Shown: positions 25,226 to 38,306 of the stretch, one piece after another
Layout of the letters: each line of letters begins with the position of its first letter
Position numbering within the stretch: the first letter of the stretch is position 1
Assembly: GCA_052327205.1 (NCBI GenBank)
Contig: CM126220.1
Span: forward strand, 29,698,001-29,762,000
Origin: Somniosus microcephalus
Taxonomy: Eukaryota
Length of the DNA stretch: 64,000 nucleotides
Direction of reading: 5' to 3'
Notes under the pieces: generated by a model
The model's input: the letters and a program-made list of their open reading frames with translations, nothing else
The model's database searches: none
What the model was told of the DNA's origin: nothing
Position numbers and translations under genes: made by a program

Positions 25226-26635
25226 GATGAAGGGTCAGTAGAGATTCCTACTGAATCACTATTGCAGACATCAAGTGCCACACCTCAGGGTCTCCCTGGC
25301 AATACCTTCACCTAAGTGCTCCATTCATTCAATGCAGCAACAGTTCTCTGCATGTGCATAATGCAAGGGCCAACATACAAGGCATTTTGATGCAGAGCTT
25401 CAGATGTCTGGGTGTGGTGAATCTAACCTAGTGCTCCTTCTAGTTACTCCCCAAAGTAATTGAGGTGGCTTGCTGCTGGTGTCTATTATAAGCCTCCTGT
25501 GATTGAGGTGGCCCGATAGCTACTTGTGCTGGGTCATAAGATGGTCCCATAATTGGCTCTGTTGCATGTGCTGTGATGCTATTTATTTTCTGGCACATCT
25601 ACTACCATTTGAGCATGGCGGCTGAAGAGGTCGAATGTGATGCCACCTTGAGAGGCAACAGCCTCACCTGTGCCCATTCTAATCATGCCCCTATTGCTGG
25701 GCACGGCGTCACTCACCTGACCTGGGGGCAAATCTCAAGGCAGCAATGAGGGCAGAGAAATCCTGCAATAATTGCTCTATGCATTGGATTACCCAGCATC
25801 TTGAAATCACACAAGATAGCCTTGGAGATTGGAATCCAATGACTCTATTGCACTCTGAGCATTCACGAGAGATACCACAACTGGGCTTAGGATTTCTGTC
25901 ACTTGGGGCTTGACTACAGATGGTCCTGGAGTTGCCAAATGCTCTATGGTGCACTACAGTCCTGATAAGCAGTCATTCTTGACTGCACAAGTGACCTCTT
26001 CCACAGTTGCCCTCAGACCTTGCATGTGCTTGGCAAATATTCTAATGACTGCAGAAAATGTTGATGCTCAGGTAATATTCTTCTTTTAAATGGATCCCAA
26101 GGCTCTGCAGCTGATGAAGGACATCAGCTTGCCCTTCAGCTACCAAGTTCCATCTCCTCTTCTGCCATCACTACCATCCCCTGGCCAGTCGTGCTCTTAT
26201 GTAGAGCTCACCTCAAACTGACTATCTCCTAGGGTGGATGTGCCTGTGTGGTGCTTTCTATGAGTGGAGTGGGTGTGCTGAGTGCTGTTCAGTGCTGGCT
26301 TCATGGACGCCACTGGGGTTTGGGGAGTCTTCTTCAGAAACACCTGTAGGAACAGAATAAAAGTTAGAATGGTGACCCTTGAAACATGGCCTCCATTTAG
26401 GAACTCAGCATTTGATAGGTAGGAATGATGTATGCAACCTTTCATTCTTCTGCTCAGCATTTTGATTTGGTGACATTTCATGGTTCGGGATATTACTTCA
26501 TGCAGCTCTCTCATTTAGGTCTTCACTCAAAGCCATTTTGATTATCTTTACTTCTCTTTTACCCCATAGCCCAGGGCATTACATCCACTGTGCTGGGAGC
26601 ATTATGTCCCATCAGTTAATCAATCTGCACATGAA

Positions 26636-27180
26636 CACATAAGGACATAATAACTAGGAGCAGGAGTAGGCCAATTGGCCCTTCGAGCCTGCTCCGTCAT
26701 TCAATAAGATCATGGCTGATTTTCTACCTCAACTCCATCTTCCCGCACTATCCCCATATCCCTTGATTCCCTTAATATCCAAAAATCTATCGATCTCTGT
26801 CTTGAATATACTCAATGACTGAGCCTCCACAGCCCTCTGGGGTAGAGAATTCCAAAGATTCACCATCCTTTGAATGAAGAAATTTCTCCTCATCTCAGTC
26901 CTAAATGGCCGACCCCTTATTCTGAGACTGTGACCCCTGGTTCTAGACTCTTCAGCCAGGGGAAACATCCTCCCAGCATCTACCCTGTCAGGCCCTGTAA
27001 GAATTTTGTATGTTTCAATGAGATCACCTCTCATTCTTCTAAACTCTAGAGAATATAGGCCTAGTCTACTCAATCTCTCCTCATAGGGCAATTCCCCCCC
27101 ATCCCAGGAATCAGTCTGGTGAACCTTCGTTGCACACCCTCTAAGGCAAGTATGGCCTTCTTTAGGTAAGGAGACCACTC
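26636..27180 (-). mobile_element. CR1 LINE 3' fragment
   Basis: YEERLSRLGLYSLEFRRMRGDLIETYKIL...GIKGYG followed by the CR1 3' UTR. Confidence 0.92.
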
Positions 27181-27254
27181 ATTGCTCCATAAGGTACATT
27201 TAGTTCATGTTTTCTTTGATTGCAATCATATATCCTTGATTTATTGGTTTACGT

Positions 27255-27570
27255 TAAGTTAGCTGGCATCAGCCAGGACAGCAGTTGGGGCACTACATTT
27301 GGCCTGAGTGACCCTGGGCTAAGAAGGGGGGTTATCAGCTTTGCCTTAATTGTTATCTATTCACACCTGATTGAAGTGGATGTCAGCTGAGGAGAGGATC
27401 AGTCTTGGCTATGATACCCTCATGATCAACTAGGCTGCCAACATCCACCGTCAAGGCTCATACATGCAGAATGGCCACTTGTGTGAGGTACCAGAAGGTC
27501 AACAGCAACCGTGGAAGACAATTCCCAGCAGCAGTCAGCAACTTCAGGACAGCAGGGGGGAGAAAAAACG
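27255..27570 (+). mobile_element. AmnSINE2-like SINE
   Basis: AGTTAGCTGGCATCAGCCAGGACAGCAG..GGCTCATACATGCAGAATGGCCACTTG..AGTCAGCAACTTCAGGA. Confidence 0.65.
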
Positions 27571-28669
27571 AAGGTGGGAATTCATCACATGCAAGTTGCT
27601 AATGAATTTGGATTTGAGTCTTAGGGCTCAGGGGGTTAAACCCCGACACACTGCATCTCCCCTATTATGTTCTATTCTTATGTTTAACAATTACACACTT
27701 ATACCTAGGCTCTGTTTGAAAAAGAAAAATCCAGGGTTAACTCTGAGGTCAGACGAGCAGGGCCATTGATTTACAGTGGCCTAGTTATTCAAATTCCATT
27801 TGTATTACATAAGATGTTGCGATTTTTACCAGTGTTTTTGGGGGATTGAATGCTGTGATTCTGTCCATTTACCCATGAAAGCCATAATTCCGTGGGCTTG
27901 CTGATGAGTAATCTGGATGCTGATTGGCTGGAGCAATGAATGACATCTGCTCCGAGAGCTGGAATGTTCATCACACACCTGGCACAATACGAGGTTTACT
28001 CAAAGCTCTGGTTCATGTCGAATTCCTTGTCCTGCTGGGATTTTGTTTTACTGCTTGATGATTTCTGAGGAACCATCCTGGATGGCTTCAGTTTATTGCT
28101 ATTTTCCCAGCTGTTCTTTCCAGGAAGAGAAGTGAACAGCAGTGAAACTGTATTAAACCCACTGCCTATGACTTGCCAGGCGTCCTGCAGTAATATAAGG
28201 TGTAGGTGTTGATGCTGCCACTTCTCCATGATGAATGTGAGAGACAGCGCACTCACGAGGATGCCAGCGTGAGTGATGTGTGCAGTTCCCTCTCACAAGG
28301 ACAGTAGTGATTCAATGTCACCACTGCAAACTCTCTGTTTTAAAAATTCATCTTCTGTTGTTTTGCTTTGGTTTAAAAAAAGTACAGACAGGGATACATG
28401 GTAGATAGGACACAGTGGGATCTGAGGGGTGGGGGGGGGGCGTAATTTGTTCCTTATTACTGGGGTCTGAACACTCAGGAGTGTAACTCACTGCAGGGAA
28501 ACTAAAAATCATAATTTAATATTATAATTGAATAACAGCATACTGAGTTACTTACCTATCTGTTGAGACTGTGACTTTCTCTTGCCACCTGGAACTATGG
28601 AAGAGTGGAAACAGAAGAGTCTCAGTCAAGTGTTTTGCCCATATCTCGCCTGCTAGCTCACTTATGAGT

Positions 28670-28955
28670 TGCTGAGCCATGCAAGAAGATCCCAGGTTTC
28701 ATTCCCACACTCTCCTGAGTTAGCTGACCTCAGCCAGGACAGTAGTTGGGGTTCCAGTGACCTGTGGCTAGGGAGGGAGAAAATAAAAGTGGCCAGGGTT
28801 CCTAGCCCTGATTATAATTCCATGACTTCAACTGGAGAGGATAGAATTGGGCTCAACTGTGGGGCTTCCCATTGTTGAGTAGCCTTCTAGGCTTATACTG
28901 GTGAGGAATTGGAGGGGCACCCACCATATATGAAACTCCAACTCCAGCAAGGGTT
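28670..28955 (+). mobile_element. AmnSINE2-like SINE, decayed
   Basis: CTGAGTTAGCTGACCTCAGCCAGGACAG..GGCTAGGGAGGGAG..GCCAGGGTTCC. Confidence 0.55.
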
Positions 28956-28986
28956 AGCTCCTTTATTTGTGGTGAGAAGAACATTT

Positions 28987-29566
28987 TGTGTGTGTATGTG
29001 TGTCTGTGTCTGTGTGTGTGTCTGTGCGTGTGTCTGTGTCTGTGTCTGTGCGTATGTCTGTGCGTGTGTCTGTGCGNNNNNNNNNNNNNNNNNNNNNNNN
29101 NNNNNNNNNNNNNNNNNNNNNNNNNNNNNNNNNNNNNNNNNNNNNNNNNNNNNNNNNNNNNNNNNNNNNNNNNNNNNNNNNNNNNNNNNNNNNNNNNNNN
29201 NNNNNNNNNNNNNNNNNNNNNNNNNNNNNNNNNNNNNNNNNNNNNNNNNNNNNNNNNNNNNNNNNNNNNNNNNNNNNNNNNNNNNNNNNNNNNNNNNNNN
29301 NNNNNNNNNNNNNNNNNNNNNNNNNNNNNNNNNNNNNNNNNNNNNNNNNNNNNNNNNNNNNGTGTGTCNNNNNNNNNNNNNNNNNNNNNNNNNNNNNNNN
29401 NNNNNNNNNNNNNNNNNNNNNNNNNNNNNNNNNNNNNNNNNNNNNNNNNNNNNNNNNNNNNNNNNNNNNNNNNNNNNNNNNNNNNNNNNNNNNNNNNNNN
29501 NNNNNNNNNNNNNNNNNNNNNNNNNNNNNNNNNNNNNNNNNNNNNNNNNNNNNNNNNNNNNNNNNN
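28987..29566. other. Compound (GT)-rich microsatellite running into assembly gaps (N 29077-29361 and 29369-29566)
   Basis: Directly visible; a 7-bp GTGTGTC island lies between the two N runs. Confidence 0.95.
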
Positions 29567-29799
29567 TCAGATCTGTAAATGTGGCTAAAATTGAGGAATC
29601 ACTGCACAGGAAGCAAGGTGCAAAATTCTACACCTAGCTCCCCATCAGAACTGTTTTTAAATGACATGTAAACCATTCTGTGAGTCACTTTTCAACATGT
29701 GACATTCCACATATGATGGATCATTAAACGCTGCCTGTGCTGTACTGTTGCAATTGAACCCCCCCCCCCCTCAAATAATTACAAATGAAGAAAGCCTTT

Positions 29800-31140
29800 C
29801 ATCCATCTAAAGACATCATGTTTCCCCATTCCTGCATCCAATTGTTGCTCAGGTGAGTCCAGGTTTGCCTCCAGTTATCCATCTGCAAGTTTATTCCAAA
29901 TGTTGATCAATTTGTGCGAAGAGGAATTTTCTGATATCAGTCCAAAAATGACCTTTTACTAGTTTGAACCTATGTCCCCCTAGTTTCTCATAGTTTAATT
30001 TAAAGTAATAGTCTGGGTTATCTTTTTATACATCCTTAACAACCCTAAATAACTGTTTAAGATCACCTCCCAGATGCCTCCTTTCTAGATTGAAAAGTAC
30101 AAGTTTGTCCAGTCTTTCCTCAGAACTCAATCCCCTGACACTGGGAATCGGCCTCGTGGCTTCTCAGCGCTGCCTCTGGTGCTGTAATGTCTGTCTTGTT
30201 CCTTGGTGACCAGAACTTGATGCCGTATAAGGTTTGATCACCACCTGCTCTGACTTATATTCCACTGTGTTGATGATGCAATTCAACATCCCATTGGTTT
30301 TGTCGAGTTGCTGCTCTGCTTTTGGTTGGACATGTTTAGCATTGAGTTGACTGAGACTCCTAAATCTCTTTCAGACTCATTCAGCGCCATTTGTGGAGTA
30401 GGTGTTGTCTATTTTTCCTTTCTCTGTGTAGCACTTTACACTTTAAATTTACTGCATTAATTTAATCTGCCCATTGTTCTGCCCACGTACACATCTTGTC
30501 CAGCTCATTCTACACGTTCTGAGCTCCCTCTTCTGATCCCATTGCCCCTCCTCGGCTTGTATCATCTGCAAATTTGCCCACTTCCCCTTGAGTTTCTGAA
30601 TCCAAAGTCACCAAGCATGGAGGCACCCAATCAGTATTTACCAACTCCGCACTGACATAACCCTTACTCGTTGTTTTTCTATTCTTTGGCCAGTTTCTTA
30701 TCAATTCCCAGGGATAACCCTGAACCCCCCACAGCTTTGAGTTAATAATTAGTCGCCTTTCCTGTGGAACTTTGCCAAAAGCTGGGTTGTCACTTCCTCA
30801 GTGGAGGAGGTTGGTTCGGCAGATTCTTCCCCCTGCTAAATCCAGGCTGACTGCTGTCGACTGGGTTATTGCTGTACAGATGATCCTCAAATATACTTCG
30901 AATAATCAATTCCATTATTTTACACGAAATGGAAGTAATGGGTCTGTAACAGACAGCGCTGTTTTTGTGAATGTGGGCTCCACATTAGCCTGTTTACAAT
31001 CTACTCGGTCCGCGTTCATTGACATTCTCATAATGATTGTCAGTGCCTCACGAATCTCCTCCCTAGTCTCTCAGCACTGTGGGATAAATACGATCTATCT
31101 CTGGGGAATTATTTATTTTGAGCCCATTTAGGTTGATTTG
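29800..31140 (-). mobile_element. Ancient, heavily decayed CR1 RT region
   Basis: The minus strand retains KFADDT (about 30560-30578) and other CR1-like fragments, with many stops and indels. Confidence 0.7.
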
Positions 31141-33599
31141 TTAACCAAATAGTGATATATTGGTGTGGGCTGAAGGTTTTTTTTTAATCGGGCACATGTG
31201 GATCACCGGTGGCAGCTGCACCAGCTTCTGAGTGACAAACTACTCCAGGAAGTTGTGCTATTAGTAACATCCCCCCTGCCCAGCAAGAGGGCTTTAAAAA
31301 TGTCCCTTTAAAAGATGCCTGGGTGCGACAACTGAGTAAAGTTGCGGGAACTCCCAAGAACGACACCTTCAACTCGTGAAAACAAAGACGGTGAAGCATC
31401 ATCTTCTTGGTGCCACCCCGTGATTTTTCGTTCTCTATTTTTTTTATTCCGCCTTCACAAATGTCCACGGAAAAATAGCGTTTCAACAACATCACAGCCG
31501 CACTCCTTCTCCGGATTGTTCCAACCAACGCCACAAGATGGCAATGTCCACGTGTGCAAACCTTCACATCCGTGTCCAAACCACAAAGAACCAGCGCTTT
31601 GTGTGTGTGAGAGAGAGAGAAAGAGAGAGAGAGGGGGGAGGGGGGAGGGAGGGAGAGAGAGAGGGGGGGAGGGAGAGAGGGGGGGGGAGGGAGAGAAAAC
31701 GGCGTCTGTACTCAGGAACAGAGATATATATTATGTCCTGTAATTGTCGCCCGGCTAAAGATACGCAGAAATATACAAGTATTGATGTTTTATTACATTT
31801 CTTGAGCAAGGTCCCAAGCCATATTCTAGGGTTGGCGCCCTAATAGTGACTGGAATGCTTCAGGTAATCGCGGCGAAGGACAATTCAGAATGAATGGGGA
31901 ATTAAGAACTTTGATCGAGAGGCAGGAATTGCGGTTAAACTTCTCAGAATGAGGGAGCTGTTTTATAATAAATACTAAATAATAAAAATTCTAATTTTAG
32001 CGACTTACAACCTGTGATACATAAAAACACAGCCTGACTGTTTATTTTTGTATTGTTTTGATAATATATTTATCTATAAATATTATTTCATAAAATATAT
32101 TTCTTCAGCACCAGCCCCAGAAGAGTATTTTAAGCCATTCTATACTTTATTAAACTTTAAGCACTAAATAAATGAGGGGGAAAAAATGATTCATGTCTGT
32201 CTCCCCCCCCCCCCCCGCTCCCTTTCGGAAAGATTTCACGTTGTTCTCTTTCTCTCTCCTAGATCACAATGCAAATTCGTTCAAACCTCTCCCAGCCTGT
32301 CACATCCTAACTAATAATTTCAGTGTCGAAGTTCATTTCGACGATGTTACTCAATACCTAAAAACATCACCACGCGGATGGCTCACATGAAAACTAATTA
32401 CACAGAATCAATATTTAATCACTAGCGCCAGCTTCTTGCATTCCATAAGAGCCAGAGCACAGATTCTTAAAAAAAAAATCCACTGCAATACATTAATCCC
32501 CCTCTGCCTCCCGCACTCGGACACTGTGCGGGTCATTTTAACTCACATTTCGAAACTTTTTTAAAAAAAATATCGGTTTTGTTTTCCAGCCAGGGTGAAA
32601 CTGACTTGAAATTAACACGTAATGTAAGGAATTGATTGTGCAAAAATAATAATAACAACAGGACAGACCTGGGAGTATTTAAAATCGCGCGACTATGTTA
32701 TTCTGTTATATTAATAGCTGGAATGATTGACTTGAAGCCGATCCTTTTGGCGTTGATATCCTCGGTGTGTGTAAGTTCCACGATTCCCAATGAAGCCGCT
32801 CTGTGTGTGTCTCTCTCTCCGAGGGGGATCGGGTTGCTGGTGAGGAAGAGGAGCCCTTTCCTTGTGTCTAATTGCGGGATGAATTTCAACCCCCCGCCAC
32901 TCCGCGCCCAGATCACATAAAGGTTTAAACATTTTAACTCGAGATTATTGGCATAAATATTTCATAAAGTGAGGAGGAGATATTAAATTGCACTATTGAT
33001 TTTAGCATCACAACAGAATTACATTCGTTGGCCCCCCGAAGACTAATTGGGTTGTTTAAGGAGGCACTGCCGGTGCTCCAGTCTTTCACCCGTACAGTTA
33101 CATTTATCGGGGTTTTTTTTGCTTCGTGAACACCATCGGAATGAAATGTGGAAAAGGTCGGGGGAAGGTTTGGGATAACTTGAATAAACTGAGACAGAGA
33201 AGATAGTAAGTACATTGACTGGATGCCCCTCTCTCTTTCTGAGAGAACATCGTTAGTAATTCCTGGGGAAAAGTGCGACAATATCAATGCCTCCCGACAT
33301 CATTTGATTCGCTACTTTACAACTCCATGGGAAACGGGACAGACAGAAGAAAATCGAACATTTCTGCTTTGTGTTGTTGCAAACCGGACTGATATCAGAG
33401 CGGACTGATCAGCTAAACTGTCAGCTACAAGAATCAACCCTTCCCTTTCTCGAAGTAATCCTTAACTTCCTTCACAAACAGATCTCGAAAAATATTGTAA
33501 CTTGGCAGAGTTGCTTCTATTTAAAACGCCACCCCAGCGTGAATGCAGTTGCAAAATAATTTTCTAACTGCAGCTGATTTATAAATGCATAGAGATAAG

Positions 33600-34624
33600 C
33601 CCTCGCTTATCAATTAGACCCCCGCTCTGGGTCCGACATGGACTTTGGAGTCCCCTCTCTCTTTTTCTCTTTCTCTCTTCCCTTTTTGTGCATTTTCCTC
33701 TTTGTCTTTCTCTTTTTTTAAGGGGGCCACTTCAGTCCACCTTAACTCTAAGCCCCGCCTTCTGGCCAGGAGCATGCGTAGCAATGATTGGTGGAGGAAT
33801 AATGGCTGAAATTGATTGCAGATACCAGTATGCAAACTTGTTGCTGGCTTTCCGGGGGATGAGATCAGGCTGTGTTCCTCTCGCCAGCACCAGTGATCGA
33901 GACAGAGAGAGAGAGAGAGAGAGAGGCGCACAGACAGACAGAGAACAGAGACAGTGCTAACCTTCTACTCACTCACATGTGTTGGATCAAGCTTTGTTTT
34001 AAAAAAAAAGGGAACGAGAATTGCAACTAAAATATTCCGGCCAGGATTGTTTGCTTCTGGAGATCTCAAGTCAGTGGATGGATGCAAGTTTGGAGCCAGT
34101 GTAAGCGGGCAACGCGTGCAGTGTCCGAGTGCCTTCTGCCAAATCTCATCCCATCGCGTCTCTCTGGACTATCGCTGGACACTAGAAAAAAGACTCCAAA
34201 CCCCCCTTCCTGATTATAACAGCGCTGGGAGATTTCATTGTCTTCCCCAAGAGGAGCGACAGTGAGAGGAAATTAAGAATAAATAATAAAACCCCAAGAA
34301 ATATATTTTTTTTAACAAAAATCAACAGAACAAAAAAAATGATGATATGAAGGCTGAAGTGACATTGTAGAGAGTGGAATCACAATGTGATCCTGGCAGG
34401 GTGAGTTTCTCTGCAAACCTTGCTCATTGTGTTTATTATTGGACTTGAGATACTGAAGCAACCGGATTCTTTATTTTTTTTTCTATTTACTTTTATTGTT
34501 TATTTTGATTTGTTTTTTTTTAAAACCCTGTAAATATTATTTTGATTTCCTGTCTTTGCGATTGAGAAGATCAGCTCCAGGGGGCTCGGCTGTCATGCCG
34601 TATTGATCGGGGGCTTTGGGAAGT
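33600..34624 (+). promoter_or_regulatory. MN1: Probable MN1 proximal promoter and 5' UTR
   Basis: TE-free region directly upstream of the CDS, with inverted CCAAT (ATTGG, about 33787), GC-box-like CCCCGCC (about 33753) and a (GA)n tract at 33901-33950. The TSS cannot be determined from sequence. Confidence 0.45.
34595..34606 (+). promoter_or_regulatory. Upstream ORF ATG CCG TAT TGA (M-P-Y-stop)
   Basis: Seen directly. It ends 18 nt before the MN1 ATG, with context gtcATGc. Confidence 0.6.
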
Positions 34625-37600
34625 ATGTTCGGGCTGGATCAGTTCAGCAGGAGCAGTGGCCAAGGAGGAGAGAGAAACTTCGGCCAGTCCGCCCTGGGGA
34701 TGTCGGGGCACTACAAAAGCCCGAGTTTCCCCAGCGGGAGTGGCAACACCATGGGCGAACAGGGCATCAACCCCCTGAGCGAGCCCCCAATGCTGGCGAT
34801 GGGCATGAGCCCGGCGCTGGGAGGCGAGCCGTACGCTTTCCACAGTCGGGGACACTCGGAGCTGCACGGAGCCGGGGCCATGCAACAACAGCCGCCGCCT
34901 CCCCAGCCTCAGCCTCAGCCCCAGCCCCAGCCGCCTCCTCCTCCTCCTCCTCCACCACCTCCTCCTCCTCCCCAGCCCCAGCCCCAGCCTCAGCCCCAGC
35001 CGGCGCACGGCTACTTCCCCAACGGGCACCATCACCACCACCCGCACGCCCACCACCACTTCAGCGGCAGCTTCTGCGGATCTGACCCCGGCCCTTCCTG
35101 TCTGCACGGGGACCGCCTCCTGGGCACTGCCGGCTACAGCGGCAACCCCCTGAGTGGACAGCCGCAAGCTTTTGGAGAAAGTTACGATCCCATGGCCGAG
35201 AGTCAAGGAGGAGGAGGAGGGGGAGGCGAAGCTTTCGGACAGCCACAGCCGCAACAGCAGCAGCAGCAGCCGCCACCGGGGAGATCAGGTAACCTGACGG
35301 AATACCACCAACACCATACCCCGGCATCTAACCACACACCTTGCCTTCCTCTGGACCAATCTCCCAACCGAGCTGCCTCTTTTCACGGACTTCCAGCCTC
35401 TTCCTCATCCGATGCACATGCACTGGAGCAGAGACGTTTGCAGAACCAGCCCCCAGTGGATTCAATGGAATACAACTACCCGAATGATCCCCCTTCGGGG
35501 CCCTTTGACTTGCCCGTGTTTTCCCCTTCGGAATCCAGTGCCCAGCTCCCTCACTATGGCACCGGCAGGCAGGTGCCCAGCAGTAACTTTCCTGCCAATC
35601 CTGCCATGCCCAGGACGCCAGGCCTGATGAGCATGGGCAAAGTCCACCCTCAGCAACAGCATGGTGTGTTTTACGAAAGGTTTGGGAATGCTCGAAAGAT
35701 GTCTGTGGGCATGGAGCCTGGGGTCGCTGCCAGGAATCCTTTAATGCCGCAACAGGCAGGTTTGCTTGCTCGACAGAACTCTTGTCCCCCAGCGATACCT
35801 AGGCAACAGCAAGCAGAGGCCGGGGCTCCTAACTCCAGTCTGCAGGACAATGGGGCAATGATGCAGAATCAGCATGCTCCTTTTGAATACCCAATTCAAA
35901 GATTAGAGAACAGAAATATGCATCCTTACAGCGAGCCTATGTTCAACATTCAACAGCAGCCCAACCAGAGACTACAGCATTTTGACGCTCCATATCTCAA
36001 TGTGGCAAAGCGGCCAAGGTTTGACTTTGCAAATAACCACAATGTAGACAATTGTGCTACTTGGAGTAGTAACAGTATGCATAACGCTAGCTTGGAAAAC
36101 CATTTATCGCCCTCTGCATACTCTGGTCTTCCCAATGAGTTTTCGCCGCCTGGTCCAGAGGCCTTTCCCCCAGGGCCACCTCTGCAGCATCCAGGGACAG
36201 ACCAACAATCCCTGCAGCAGCGTCAAAACATGCTGATGATGTTTAAGCAAATGGTATCGAGGAACCAGCGGCACAGAATGAGGCAACCTGATCTCCAGCA
36301 TCTAGGTCACCATGGAGACGTCAATCAAAACAGCATGGTGCACAGCAACCAAGTGGGAAATATGTCACAGCCAAACTTTGAGAGGGAAAGCGGCGGGAGG
36401 ATGCCGAATTTTGATCCCCAGAATCCACAGATGGGTCAGGAAAACTCCTGGTTTCCAGGCCCCCACCCACCAGGAGATATGCTTCAGAGAAGGATGGCTG
36501 GAACTGCTGTGCCCCCTGAAGGGAGCCCCCATGAATCTGTCCAGATGAACTTACAGCAGAATGGGTCAAGTATGCTGTTTAGGCCAGGTGGGAACGGACT
36601 AGGTATACAAGAGCCAATGAGAATGCCAGGCGACGGACATGTACAGGGGTTGCACTCTCCTGGGATGCACTCTCAATTTGGCAATAACATGGGCAATGTC
36701 ACTCAGATGCAGTCTCCCAGTGGGGGCATGGGCCTCCCCAACACTACAACTGATAGAAGACCTGGGCCTGACTTCCCAGGTCCCCAAATGGGCGGACAAC
36801 CGGGCTTTCCGTTTGGGGGACCAAACCGACCGGCAAACCCACACAACAATCCCCCTGGAGTACCTCCATCTCCCGGTAGCTACCCACCCCAGTCCGAATT
36901 TCAGCCCAACCAGCGTCCCTCAATGAGTAAGATCGGGTCCCTTTCGCTGGGCTCCTTCAGCAAGCCTGGTGCAAAGGATACTACCATTTATGGACAGAGC
37001 TGCCTGGCTGCCCTCTCTACGGCCTGTCAGAACATGATCGCCAGTTTGGGGGCTCCAAACCTCAATGTCACATTTAACAAAAAGAATCAGAATGAAGGGA
37101 AACGTAAACTGAGTCAAACCGAGCAGGACAACAGCAGCGGCGGGCCAAACAGTGGAGGTGGAGGTGGGAGTGTTGGCGGCGCCTCCGCTGGGAGCAACGG
37201 CAACGGGTCGGAGTATTTCCAGAGCAACACTCCTCAAAATAGCCAGATGGGCGTCTCTGGCAACGGGAGCGGCAAGCTGGCCACACCTGCAGCCCAGAAC
37301 AGCACACAGGGGCAGAACCAGCCGTCCCAACCCGAGTGCAACCTGTCCCCAAACTATGGCTTGGAGGCGGTCCCAAGTGAAGGCAAAGGACAGACGGGGA
37401 GAGGGAGAGGGAGGAGAAAAAGGGACAGTGGCCACGTCAGCCCAGGGAACTTCTTTGACAAATATTCCGCTGAGAATGTGAATCCGGTGGTCAGTCCAGG
37501 GCAACAGGGTCAGTCTACACATGCTGGAGATCGAGGTGGGACCCCGCAGGATAAGTCCCTCACTTCTCCATCATGGGCGAAAGGGAATGACCTCCTACTC

Positions 37601-38306
37601 CCTGACCAACCTGACCTCATGTCCTCCCTCGACAGTGGGATTCAAAGTGTGACAAAATCAGATGGCAGCTCACCTCAAGTCGACTTTTCCGACGATGTCA
37701 GCAACAACTATGGGAACGAAGACGAGGTGTCTTCCAGCTCTGACAACAATATATCCAAGCCCAGCCGGTTAGTGACCAGCTCCCCCAAACTGCAGCGAGC
37801 TGACCACGGGCTGATGAGCAGCCAGAAACAGATGGGTCACGGCATGCTCAATGCACACCCTAACAGCAACACTACCTCCAACGCAGGGCCTGTCACTGAC
37901 AGCTTTGGGCTTAGCAGCACCGGGAGTGGGCACCCGGGCACACCAGGCATGGAGCAGGTTCGCACTCCAACCAGCACGTCAACACAGGACGAGGTCCACC
38001 CGCTGGAGATCCTGCAAGCACAGATTCAGCTACAGCGGCAACAGTTTAGCATATCAGAAGACCAGCCCCTTGCCATGAAGAACAAAAAAGCTGAATGCGC
38101 CGGCCAGAATGGGGACACAGAACTGGCCGCTTGTGTCACGGACAATAGTAAAGCTGCCATCAGCACTATAGACATTGAGTCATTGATGGCAGAGCATAAC
38201 TCTACCTGGTACATGCCTAACGACAAGGCCATGATGGATCCACAGGATGAAGACAAGCAAATGGCACCGTGGGAAAAGGCCAAGCCTGCAAGTACCAACA
38301 AAGAAG
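34625..38306 (+). CDS. MN1: MN1 transcriptional co-regulator (meningioma 1), coding exon 1
   Basis: Starts MFGLDQF and contains MN1 blocks [103 protein letters not shown] and APWEKAKP. Donor site AAAGAAG|GTAACT, phase 1. Confidence 0.97.

Noticed and set aside
28909-29637. ORFs spanning N runs
   Set aside because: Artefacts of the microsatellite plus assembly gap.
1-31000. 3' exons of PITPNB, the upstream neighbour of MN1 in human
   Set aside because: I found no PITP-like C-terminal peptide in the frames I inspected; tBLASTn would be needed to exclude it.
34571-35254. 227-aa antisense ORF and other ORFs overlapping MN1
   Set aside because: These are shadows of GC-rich, low-complexity MN1 codons with no recognisable homology.
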